DNA of 64,000 bases from contig JAVZJR010000002.1 of assembly GCA_038870635.1 (NCBI GenBank), positions 66,792 through 130,791 of the forward strand, read 5' to 3'. Positions 1 to 8,636 of this stretch are shown in pieces. Each line of letters opens with the position of its first letter. The first letter of the stretch is position 1. The position numbers and the translations under genes are program-made. A model generated the notes under the pieces. That model was given only the letters and a program-made list of their open reading frames with translations. It made no database searches and had not been told where the DNA came from. The stretch is from Candidatus Bilamarchaeaceae archaeon (GTDB lineage Archaea > Micrarchaeota > Micrarchaeia > Anstonellales > Bilamarchaeaceae).

Positions 1-3000
1 GCAGCAGACGTGCAAAATATTTCTATTATAAATTGTATTATAGGAAATTTCTCTTCTTCTATTATTCTATCAAATGTAAATCATTCTCTATTCAGGAACA
101 ATACATTATATAAGTCTACACATGGTATGCTGATTGATCCATCCTATAACAATACGATAATAGAGAACACTATTTTCGGCAATTCGCAGTATGGTCTTTA
201 TCTTGATGATTCACACAATAATACGATAAGGTACAACATATTTGAAAATAACACAGATAGTGGTTTAAGACTTAATCGTTCAACTAGCAACTTAATTTCT
301 AACAACTCTTTCTATAATAATACAATTGCAATATATCTGGGGATGGGAAGCAATTCAAATAACATAACAGAAAATAATATATCGGTTGGTTCAGATTTAG
401 TTTTATCTTACGAATCCAACAACAACAGGATAATCTCTAATAGAATTTATAATACAGACAGAACCCTCGTGCGTTTAGAATATTCAAATAACACAATAGT
501 TGAAAATAACTCATTAAGCATTTCAAATATGAAATGTCTCTATTTGTATATAACTAATCAGATTACTATTAGGAACAATACTATTATGAATTGTAGCGAG
601 GAGGGCATCTACTTAAGTTTGCCTAATAATTCTGTTATAGATAATAACCATATATTTAATACATCAAATGGTATTTATACTTATTATGCTGAATGGAGCA
701 ATTTTACTAATAATGAAATACATAATAATTCAGTGACAGCAGTCTACTTTGATTTCTCAAAATACCTTATTGTTAGTAACTCAAAAATGTATTACAACAA
801 CTATGGCATTTATTCCTATAATACTTCAAATCTGTCTCTGTTTAATTCAAATCTTTCAAACAATGTTTATAGCGGAGTTGAATTAAGATACAACAATAAT
901 GTAAGTGTTTCAGATAATAATATTAATTCTTCAACAAATGGGATTTTCTTGTATTATACTTCATCTAGTTCTATATCAAACAATTCTATTAGTTCTTCAA
1001 CAGGTATACTCTCCCAGTATTCATATAATAACTTAGTTAAAGAAAATAATATAACCTCATCAAATAATGGTATATCAATCGTACTGTCTAATCATACTAA
1101 TTTTTCAAATAACATCGTATGTAACAACGGAGGTATAGGTTTGAGATTAGCGTATACTAATCAAGTTGTTTCATTTAATGATACTTTTTGTAACAGCGGT
1201 AGCGGCATAGAGGTATATAATTCAAACAATACTAATCTAAATAACACACATCTATACGGGAATGTTTACTTTGAATTACTTATAAGTAGCGATAGTTTTG
1301 CTGTTTATAATTTGACCACTACGAACTTAACCATAGATAACCCAGTAGGCAATTATGAAAACTATACAATATTAGATATTGAAGATATGTACGGTAATCT
1401 TACTTCAGAAGAATCTTATGGAATAAGATGGTCCTCTCAACCTGCTACTTTGCCTAATGATAGGATGAGTTTTAGAAACAAATACGTAAACATTACACAA
1501 GAAGGAGGGGCGGTAAATATTGATAAGATAAGTTGGAGATGGTTTGATAGTGAGTTAAATGGTTATAACGAGAACATGTTTGAACTTTGGAAATACAACA
1601 CATCCGGTTGGGTTAGATTAAATAATACGCCAGATACTGTTAATAATCGACTATCCTTTGTAAATATGAATCCGCTAAGTACGTACGCCATATTACAAAA
1701 TAATAATTGTCCTCTGATAACTTCTGCTGGTTTATACACACAAAACCAAAACTATAGCGGGGCCCCCAACAATGCAGCACCATTAAGCGGGTATGCTTGT
1801 GTAAAAATTACTTCTTCAAACGTTGTATTTGATTGTAATGGCTATTCCATATCAAATAATGGTACGGGTGGTACAACGTATGGTATATTAATTAACGGTT
1901 CTTTGAATAATATAACAATAAAAAATTGTGAAATATCTAGTTATAGATATGGTGTTTTTGTTTATAATTCTAATAATACAAATATCTTTAATAACACTGT
2001 TAAAAATAGTATTGATTACAACATATATATTTATATCGCTCAAGGGGGCTTATTAAATAATAACACATTATATAATAGTACTCGTGGCTTTTATCTATAT
2101 TCCGTTAATGCTTCTGAAATATACAACAATATTATATTTAATCATTCAGCTATTGGTTTTTATGGTAATTCTATAACAAACAATAAAATATATAATAATT
2201 CTATTTATTCAAACACAATCTCAAATTTAATGCTTGATTCAAACTCACAGAATAATTATGTGCTGGATAATTTAATTTATAATAGTAGTCTGAGTCTTTA
2301 TATTTACTCAAGTGATAATAATACTGTTCTAAACAATAGCGCTTACAATTCGGAATATGGCGGTTACATCTATACCTCTAATTACAACAATTTGACTAAT
2401 AACTATTTTTACAATAACGTAGCGGGTTTATTTTTAACTGATTCGCAAGGTACTTACATTTCAGATAATATAGTTTATAATAACTATTATGGTTTTGATT
2501 TTGAAGATTCTGGCAGTGCCTTCAATTATATAAATAACAACACAGTATATAACAATACGATTGGTTGTTTATTATATTCGGTAAGCGGCTTCAAATTTAC
2601 TGATAATGAATTTTATAAAAATACAATCGGCATAGAATTTTCTTCATCAATTTTTAATGATTTACTAAATAACAAGTTTTATAATAACTCACAATATGGG
2701 GTTGATATAAGCTATACTTCATACCTAAATCTAACACAATCTGAAGTGTATAATAATGCTGTTGGCATATTAGTTTATGTTTCAGCTTATGTTCTTATCA
2801 ATAACACCCATTCATATAACAACGAACAACTAGATCTTTTAGTCAGCGCTGACGATAATATATTTTATAATCTTAGCATCTCTAATTTTACTCTTGACAA
2901 TCCTTTAGGCAATTATGAAAACTACACAATATTAGATATCGAAGATATATACGGTAATCTTACTTCAGAAGAAGCTTATGGAATAAGATGGTCCTCTCAA

Positions 3001-6000
3001 CCTGCTACTTTGCCTAATGATAGGATGAGTTTTAGAAACAAATACGTAAACATTACACAAGAAGGAGGGGCGGTAAATATTGATAAGATAAGTTGGGTAT
3101 GGGTCGAGAGTGAATTATCAGGCTATAATGAGAGTAATTTTGAGTTATGGAAATATAACTCTTCCGGGTGGTCATTACTCAATAATACCCCAAACACTAT
3201 TACCAACCGTCTTTCGCTTACAAATCTTAATCCATTATCAACATATGCAATTCTACAAAATTTAGAAATGGAAAACTGTCCAGTGATAATTTCTCCAGGT
3301 ACATATATACAAAATAAAAACTATACCGGTGCACCCAACCCAGTATGGAGTTATGGTGGTTATGCTTGCGTTTACATACAGGCCGAGAATGTAACATTTG
3401 ATTGTAATGGCTATTCTATAATAAACAATGGCACGTCGAACTCGTACGGTATTTTTATAGATGAAACGTCAAGCAATATAACAATAAAGAATTGTAATGT
3501 ATCAAATTATACCTATGGGTTGCTTGGTTACAGTAACGTAAACATCGCTGCATTTAATAACACATTACATTCTAATGAAGTAAGTGGTTTTGCAGCTGAT
3601 GCTACATCAAACATAACTGTTATCAATAATACTATTTATAATAATACTTACTATGGCGTGTACATAATTTCTGGTGCAACAGCGAATTTTGAAAATACTC
3701 TTCTTTATAACAATTTAGAAGATGGAGTATTCGTTGATAACTTTAACAATGTATTTGTAAATAATGTTACATCAAAAGATACGTATGGTGATTGCTTTTT
3801 ATTTACGAACTCAGAAAATATATCTATACATAATATTTCTGCTTCTAATTGTAGTGATGCTGGTGCTTATGGCGGCGGAGTGAAAAATGTTACTATTTCT
3901 AATTCTTCGATAATGCTGTCATCTTACGGTGTATACCTATTCAGTTCACAGAAGATTAACACTAGCGGAAATCAAATTTATAATTTGTCCACGAATAGTT
4001 TTTATGCTATAAACTCTAAAGAAATTTTTATCTTAGATAATTCGATTGTAGATGCTTCCAATGGCATCTACTGGCAAAATGTAACCAACGGTAGTATAAA
4101 AAACAATTACGCGTTTAATTCTTCTTCTTTTTCTAATATTTATTACGCTACCTTTATAAACTTGAATAATAATACATTAAAAAACATTTCTAATAACATA
4201 ATATTTTTATATTCTAATCTATCGAACATCACTCTTAATAACATATATTGTAGAAATACTGCAGGAACTTACGGTCTGTCTGTATCAAACGGATTCGGCT
4301 TTAATGTTGTTGATAACTTTATTATTGGTTGTACTAGTTATGGCATATCATTTTCTGGTGTAGAAAACTCACAGATTAGAAGTAATAATATAAGTGGTGG
4401 CAGCTCTTTAGTATACTTGCAAAGTTCAAATAATAATCTATCTGTAGTAAACAACATTTTGCAAAATTCTATAAATAATGGTTTGATTACAGTTTCTTTA
4501 ACTAATTCTACAATAGAGAACAATACTATATATAATGTTAGTTATTATGCACTCTACTTAACTTCCTCCTCTAATTATAATTTGATTTCATCTAATAAGA
4601 TATATTCGAATAGAAGAGGAATATACAATATATATGTTGATTTCTGTAACTTCACCAATAATGAAATCTATAATAGTTCTGAATATTTGGTATATTCTTC
4701 GTCGTCAAACAACAATCGTTTTATTAATAATTCTATGTACAATAGCACTTCATACGGTGTTCATTTATACAATTCTCAATTCTTTAACTTTACCCATAAC
4801 ACAATCTATGGGACATCAAACCGTGCTTTTACTCTGCAATCTAGTTCAAATAATACGTTATCTAATAACGACATAAAAAGAATTTCTCAAGTGGCGGTTT
4901 ATTTGTACGCTAACTCTAGTGATAATCTATTTATCGATAATACCATTCACGATAACACTAACTACGCTTTTTACGTTTATCAAAATTCAGTTAACAACAC
5001 ATTTTACAATAACACATTATTCAACAATTCTTATGGATTTTTTATACTGAACTCAAACTTCCAGAACATAGATCATTGTAATATATATAATAATACTCAA
5101 ATAGGTGTTCAATTTTCTAATTCAAATTATAGCATTATTAGTAATTCTATGATTTATAACAATACAAATCATGGCGTATCAATTGGTAGTTCTAGTAACA
5201 TAATTATTACAAACACAACTATCCATAACCATAATTATCACGGAATAGTGTTGTCATCATCTGATTATAACAACATAACAAACAATACGGTGTACAACAA
5301 TAATTGGCATGGTATCTACGTGCAGTTTTCCAACAATACTGTTATTGTTAATAATACAATATACAAAAACTCGCAAAATGGTATATACTTAACAAGCAGT
5401 CACAATGCAATAATTTCTGATAACAATGTCACCAATAATAGTGTTTATGGTATATTCTTTTCTTCATCCAATTTAAACACAATGTCTGATAATTACGTAT
5501 GTTTCAACACCCTTGACATAAATAACTCCGGAAGCAGTAATATAGGTGCATATGACAGATGTGATAAATGGTATAATTGGTTTGAGAATAGTCATCCCGG
5601 TTGTACTTTCACATGCTCTAAGATATGGCACAGGTTCTTTGGCAATGTGAGCGGTAATATCCTTCTTGCTCCAAATGAAACATCGATTTTCTATAACTGG
5701 ACATGGAATACAAATAAGGGAAAAGTCTATGTTATAAACGGAGATGCTGTAATTGACTGGGCAGCTGTTTTTGCATTGGGCAGAAATATATCTGAACAAA
5801 ACTCAACAAACGATTTTGCAGAATTAAATAACTTACTTAATATGGGGGACGAATATGACAATCTCACTAATCTTTACTCTTATGATGGCAGTAATCCATT
5901 GATAACAAAGAATATTTCTGTTTATGGAAAAATGATTAATTTTATACCACTTGCAAATTCATCTTATCAAACCGCAGGGGTTCACTACACCGGCATAATG

Positions 6001-6174
6001 TGGGATTCATCGCAAGGAGGGCCTGAATTTAGTCAAGCCCAAAACCAAGATGTGATTTTTGTTAATGAGATCAACGGAAGTTATGACCCACAATATGATA
6101 TAAGAGTTCCAGCAGAGTTGGGTACGTACAAAGGAACAAGCGGTGTTGTTGAGTTTTGGTTAGAATTAGATTGA
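1..6174 (+). CDS. Giant secreted parallel beta-helix (PbH1/NosD-like) repeat surface protein; 5' end lies outside the window
   Basis: The frame is open from nt 1 (no stop upstream of the ORF-caller GTG at 10) to TGA 6172-6174. It encodes >2050 aa of ~22-residue N/S/T/Y/I-rich coils (e.g. NNTIYNNTYYGVYI) typical of right-handed beta-helix repeats. A recurring cap motif is present: CP.I.S.G.Y.QN.NY.GAPN..ACV.I...V.FDCNGYSI.NNG. Family call by eye. Confidence 0.8.
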   Translation, partial: AADVQNISIINCIIGNFSSSIILSNVNHSLFRNNTLYKSTHGMLIDPSYNNTIIENTIFGNSQYGLYLDDSHNNTIRYNIFENNTDSGLRLNRSTSNLISNNSFYNNTIAIYLGMGSNSNNITENNISVGSDLVLSYESNNNRIISNRIYNTDRTLVRLEYSNNTIVENNSLSISNMKCLYLYITNQITIRNNTIMNCSEEGIYLSLPNNSVIDNNHIFNTSNGIYTYYAEWSNFTNNEIHNNSVTAVYFDFSKYLIVSNSKMYYNNYGIYSYNTSNLSLFNSNLSNNVYSGVELRYNNNVSVSDNNINSSTNGIFLYYTSSSSISNNSISSSTGILSQYSYNNLVKENNITSSNNGISIVLSNHTNFSNNIVCNNGGIGLRLAYTNQVVSFNDTFCNSGSGIEVYNSNNTNLNNTHLYGNVYFELLISSDSFAVYNLTTTNLTIDNPVGNYENYTILDIEDMYGNLTSEESYGIRWSSQPATLPNDRMSFRNKYVNITQEGGAVNIDKISWRWFDSELNGYNENMFELWKYNTSGWVRLNNTPDTVNNRLSFVNMNPLSTYAILQNNNCPLITSAGLYTQNQNYSGAPNNAAPLSGYACVKITSSNVVFDCNGYSISNNGTGGTTYGILINGSLNNITIKNCEISSYRYGVFVYNSNNTNIFNNTVKNSIDYNIYIYIAQGGLLNNNTLYNSTRGFYLYSVNASEIYNNIIFNHSAIGFYGNSITNNKIYNNSIYSNTISNLMLDSNSQNNYVLDNLIYNSSLSLYIYSSDNNTVLNNSAYNSEYGGYIYTSNYNNLTNNYFYNNVAGLFLTDSQGTYISDNIVYNNYYGFDFEDSGSAFNYINNNTVYNNTIGCLLYSVSGFKFTDNEFYKNTIGIEFSSSIFNDLLNNKFYNNSQYGVDISYTSYLNLTQSEVYNNAVGILVYVSAYVLINNTHSYNNEQLDLLVSADDNIFYNLSISNFTLDNPLGNYENYTILDIEDIYGNLTSEEAYGIRWSSQPATLPNDRMSFRNKYVNITQEGGAVNIDKISWVWVESELSGYNESNFELWKYNSSGWSLLNNTPNTITNRLSLTNLNPLSTYAILQNLEMENCPVIISPGTYIQNKNYTGAPNPVWSYGGYACVYIQAENVTFDCNGYSIINNGTSNSYGIFIDETSSNITIKNCNVSNYTYGLLGYSNVNIAAFNNTLHSNEVSGFAADATSNITVINNTIYNNTYYGVYIISGATANFENTLLYNNLEDGVFVDNFNNVFVNNVTSKDTYGDCFLFTNSENISIHNISASNCSDAGAYGGGVKNVTISNSSIMLSSYGVYLFSSQKINTSGNQIYNLSTNSFYAINSKEIFILDNSIVDASNGIYWQNVTNGSIKNNYAFNSSSFSNIYYATFINLNNNTLKNISNNIIFLYSNLSNITLNNIYCRNTAGTYGLSVSNGFGFNVVDNFIIGCTSYGISFSGVENSQIRSNNISGGSSLVYLQSSNNNLSVVNNILQNSINNGLITVSLTNSTIENNTIYNVSYYALYLTSSSNYNLISSNKIYSNRRGIYNIYVDFCNFTNNEIYNSSEYLVYSSSSNNNRFINNSMYNSTSYGVHLYNSQFFNFTHNTIYGTSNRAFTLQSSSNNTLSNNDIKRISQVAVYLYANSSDNLFIDNTIHDNTNYAFYVYQNSVNNTFYNNTLFNNSYGFFILNSNFQNIDHCNIYNNTQIGVQFSNSNYSIISNSMIYNNTNHGVSIGSSSNIIITNTTIHNHNYHGIVLSSSDYNNITNNTVYNNNWHGIYVQFSNNTVIVNNTIYKNSQNGIYLTSSHNAIISDNNVTNNSVYGIFFSSSNLNTMSDNYVCFNTLDINNSGSSNIGAYDRCDKWYNWFENSHPGCTFTCSKIWHRFFGNVSGNILLAPNETSIFYNWTWNTNKGKVYVINGDAVIDWAAVFALGRNISEQNSTNDFAELNNLLNMGDEYDNLTNLYSYDGSNPLITKNISVYGKMINFIPLANSSYQTAGVHYTGIMWDSSQGGPEFSQAQNQDVIFVNEINGSYDPQYDIRVPAELGTYKGTSGVVEFWLELD
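1347..1536 (+). repeat. Intragenic repeat copy A (partner 2907-3096, offset 1560 bp)
   Basis: Hand alignment gives 190 bp with 4 mismatches (1365, 1380, 1389, 1414). This includes a 122-bp perfect run, 1415-1536 = 2975-3096. Flanking sequence is only loosely similar. Confidence 0.9.
2907..3096 (+). repeat. Intragenic repeat copy B (partner 1347-1536)
   Basis: Same alignment as copy A. Both copies encode ...GNYENYTILDIED.YGNLTSEE.YGIRWSSQPATLPNDRMSFRNKYVNITQEGGAVNIDKISW... Confidence 0.9.
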
Positions 6175-6227
6175 AGAGCGATACATAATTTTAGTTTTAC
6201 AAAAATAAAAAAATAAAAATTTTAGGT

Positions 6228-6887
6228 TTACGCCAATTCCAACCAGAAGTAGTATGTTTCTGTTGCGCCTAAGGCTGCATTTGTTGCAGTAAGTAATTCG
6301 TAATCGCCATTTTGGCCATTAAATAAGGGTACGTTGTTTTGTATTGTTGTACAGAACGCAACATCGCTTTTTGCAGCTGGTGTGTCACTATCTGCAATTG
6401 CACATGTTGTTAATGAACCACCAGTTGTTGTACCTACACTGTTTGTTACGGATTGATTATTGACTACTATGTTGCATGAAGTAGTGAGTGTGTTTGCTGC
6501 ATTATCTGTCGCTGTGCCAAAACCCCAAATAGTATCAACTGCAGTTGCTGTTATCGGCTTAAGATTTGTCCAATCAAAACCAGTTTGTGCAGCTACTGCG
6601 CACACTACTCCTCCGTTTGCAGGTGACCAAGACCACGAGTAAAATATAGCTGTGGTGTTTGGTGCAAGCACAATGTTTCCTGCCACATCACCCCAGAAAC
6701 CTGCCCACTTTTCTGTGGATACATTACCAGTTAGGTTTAACTGAGTGACATTACCGCCCTCTGTTGTGACGTTGGCATGTGTTAATGGTTCGTATCTACC
6801 GATTTGCCCAACTGTCCACGTTTCGGCCGGTTGAATGGCAAAAGCATAAGCCATTACCAACGACAAAATCAAAAAAATTTTTTTCAT
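6228..6887 (-). CDS. Small secreted protein consisting of the unassigned ~180-aa W-G-F-W-G domain (paralog of the C-terminus of the giant protein)
   Basis: N-terminal signal-like MKKIFLILSLVMAYAFA. KWAGFWGDVAGNIVLAPNTTAIFYSWSW aligns with IWHRFFGNVSGNILLAPNETSIFYNWTW of the 1-6174 protein. Both end in FWLEL[AD]. The gene is visibly more GC-rich and A/T/G-rich than its neighbours. Confidence 0.75.
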   Translation of the reverse strand: MKKIFLILSLVMAYAFAIQPAETWTVGQIGRYEPLTHANVTTEGGNVTQLNLTGNVSTEKWAGFWGDVAGNIVLAPNTTAIFYSWSWSPANGGVVCAVAAQTGFDWTNLKPITATAVDTIWGFGTATDNAANTLTTSCNIVVNNQSVTNSVGTTTGGSLTTCAIADSDTPAAKSDVAFCTTIQNNVPLFNGQNGDYELLTATNAALGATETYYFWLELA

Positions 6888-6986
6888 ACTATATCACCAC
6901 GTTTTTCGAAAAACCAAAAAAACATCTCCTGATAAATTTATAAATGTTGTTTTTGCTTATTAATGTTGTCTAAGTAGAGGGAGTTT

Positions 6987-8636
6987 ATGAAAAATGTGTT
7001 TTTGTTCTTATTACTTCTTATGGGGCAACTTTTTGCAGCAGTGATTGTTAATTCGCTTGATGGCCGTGATGTAATCTCTGCTACCTACTACGCTGCATTA
7101 ATTGGCGAAAAAATAGTGATTGCTTACCCAGATTCTGATTTACAAAATATTTTTTCTTCTGTAGGAGTTAATGAGAATGTTTTTTTAGTACAATCAGAGA
7201 AAAATCCTGTTTTTGTAGGTCTTGCGGATTCTCTCAAACAGAGAGAAAATAAAGTAACACTTTTTGTTTCTAAAGATCCATTTGAAACAAATCTAGAGCT
7301 TGCAAAGAAGAGTGGTGTTAAAAGATTAATCTTAATTGATCCGATATATGGGTATAACACAGTTTCAACCCTTGCATATGGAAAACAAAATAAGATGTTC
7401 TTGATATTTGTGAGTAAAGAGAATTTAGACAAAGCAACCGAAACAATTAATAGCATTAAACCAAACGAGGTTTTGATTTACGGATATGTCGATAAAGAAA
7501 TCAAGGACGCGCTCTCCAAAAATGCAATCGCATACAAAGAAATAAATAATGGCGATAAATTCGACGATAATATGGAAATTCTTAATTTATACTTTAGCAA
7601 AAATCCATCTAAAAAGCAAGTTATACTTGCAGATGGAAATGGTATAGAAGATACGATTGCAGGTGGCGATGACCCGGTTTTGTTTATTGGTCAAATAGTG
7701 CCTATAAGTGTTTACAATTATTTGAAAGAAAAGGTTGCAAAAGATCAAATAACTGTCGGTTTAGTTGTTGATAAAGATTATTTCCAAACCTCTTATAATC
7801 TTAAACAATCTATAAACCAAGATTTAGGCCAAAAGAAATTTACTGTTTTAGCAAAAATCGGTCAAAGCGCAGGTGGTCAGCAAGGTTCTCCTGCAGCTGT
7901 ACCGCTATTCCCTCTTCGTGGTCCTATAAGTGGTTTAAGTATAGAGAAGGTTGAATATAACACTGCGAAGAAAGCGATTGAAGTTATTTACAAAAACACC
8001 GGCAACGCACAGGAGTATGTAAAATCAACTATTGCAATTTACGTGAATGGTAACAAAGTATCGGTTGTTGGTGATGAAGAACCTTTTATTTTAGATAAAG
8101 GAGCTATTTTTGGTCGTGTTTATCCAATTGATATAGAAGAAGGTGGCATATCAGTAAATATTACTTCGTTTTTCGGTATATCCAAGAAGAACCTTGACAA
8201 TGGTATCATTGGTTATTTTGATGTTGGGAAAGTAGATTATGTAGACAACTCTCAGATAGAGATTACTTCAATAAATGTGGACAAATCGAGCGGAGATATC
8301 GTCGTAGTGTTTACAAATATTGGAAATATCCCAGCTTATTTTAGAGCAGATGTTTTAACGCAGATAAATAATCGCTCAACTAAAATAGAGGACAATGTTG
8401 TATACAGCTTAAAACCAAACGAGGGGAGGGCAGTTAAATTTATAGGAATTGGAAAAGATAGCAACAAGATAATTGCAGGCGCCAATTATGGTTCGCGCGA
8501 AGCTTTTCTTAACAAAAGAGTGGAGAAAGAATATGTAGAAAGTAGCACTGCCTTTAATGAAACTTTGCTTATTGGCTTAGTAATTCTCTTGATCATCATA
8601 GTCGCTGTTTATTTCTTGGTTGGGAAGAAGAAATAG
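6987..8636 (+). CDS. Secreted surface protein with C-terminal transmembrane anchor
   Basis: 549-aa ORF with signal-like MKNVFLFLLLLMGQLFA. The C-terminal tail is LLIGLVILLIIIVAVYFLVGKKK. The middle part resembles CARDB-like beta-sandwich repeats (weak, by eye). Confidence 0.65.
   Translation: MKNVFLFLLLLMGQLFAAVIVNSLDGRDVISATYYAALIGEKIVIAYPDSDLQNIFSSVGVNENVFLVQSEKNPVFVGLADSLKQRENKVTLFVSKDPFETNLELAKKSGVKRLILIDPIYGYNTVSTLAYGKQNKMFLIFVSKENLDKATETINSIKPNEVLIYGYVDKEIKDALSKNAIAYKEINNGDKFDDNMEILNLYFSKNPSKKQVILADGNGIEDTIAGGDDPVLFIGQIVPISVYNYLKEKVAKDQITVGLVVDKDYFQTSYNLKQSINQDLGQKKFTVLAKIGQSAGGQQGSPAAVPLFPLRGPISGLSIEKVEYNTAKKAIEVIYKNTGNAQEYVKSTIAIYVNGNKVSVVGDEEPFILDKGAIFGRVYPIDIEEGGISVNITSFFGISKKNLDNGIIGYFDVGKVDYVDNSQIEITSINVDKSSGDIVVVFTNIGNIPAYFRADVLTQINNRSTKIEDNVVYSLKPNEGRAVKFIGIGKDSNKIIAGANYGSREAFLNKRVEKEYVESSTAFNETLLIGLVILLIIIVAVYFLVGKKK

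Noticed and set aside
8596-8636. 41-bp convergent overlap of the 549-aa and 707-aa genes (and the 4-bp S8e/MetRS overlap at 56147-56150) as antisense regulation
   Set aside because: Short 3'-end overlaps are common in compact genomes. Nothing in the sequence (structure, repeats) suggests a specific mechanism.
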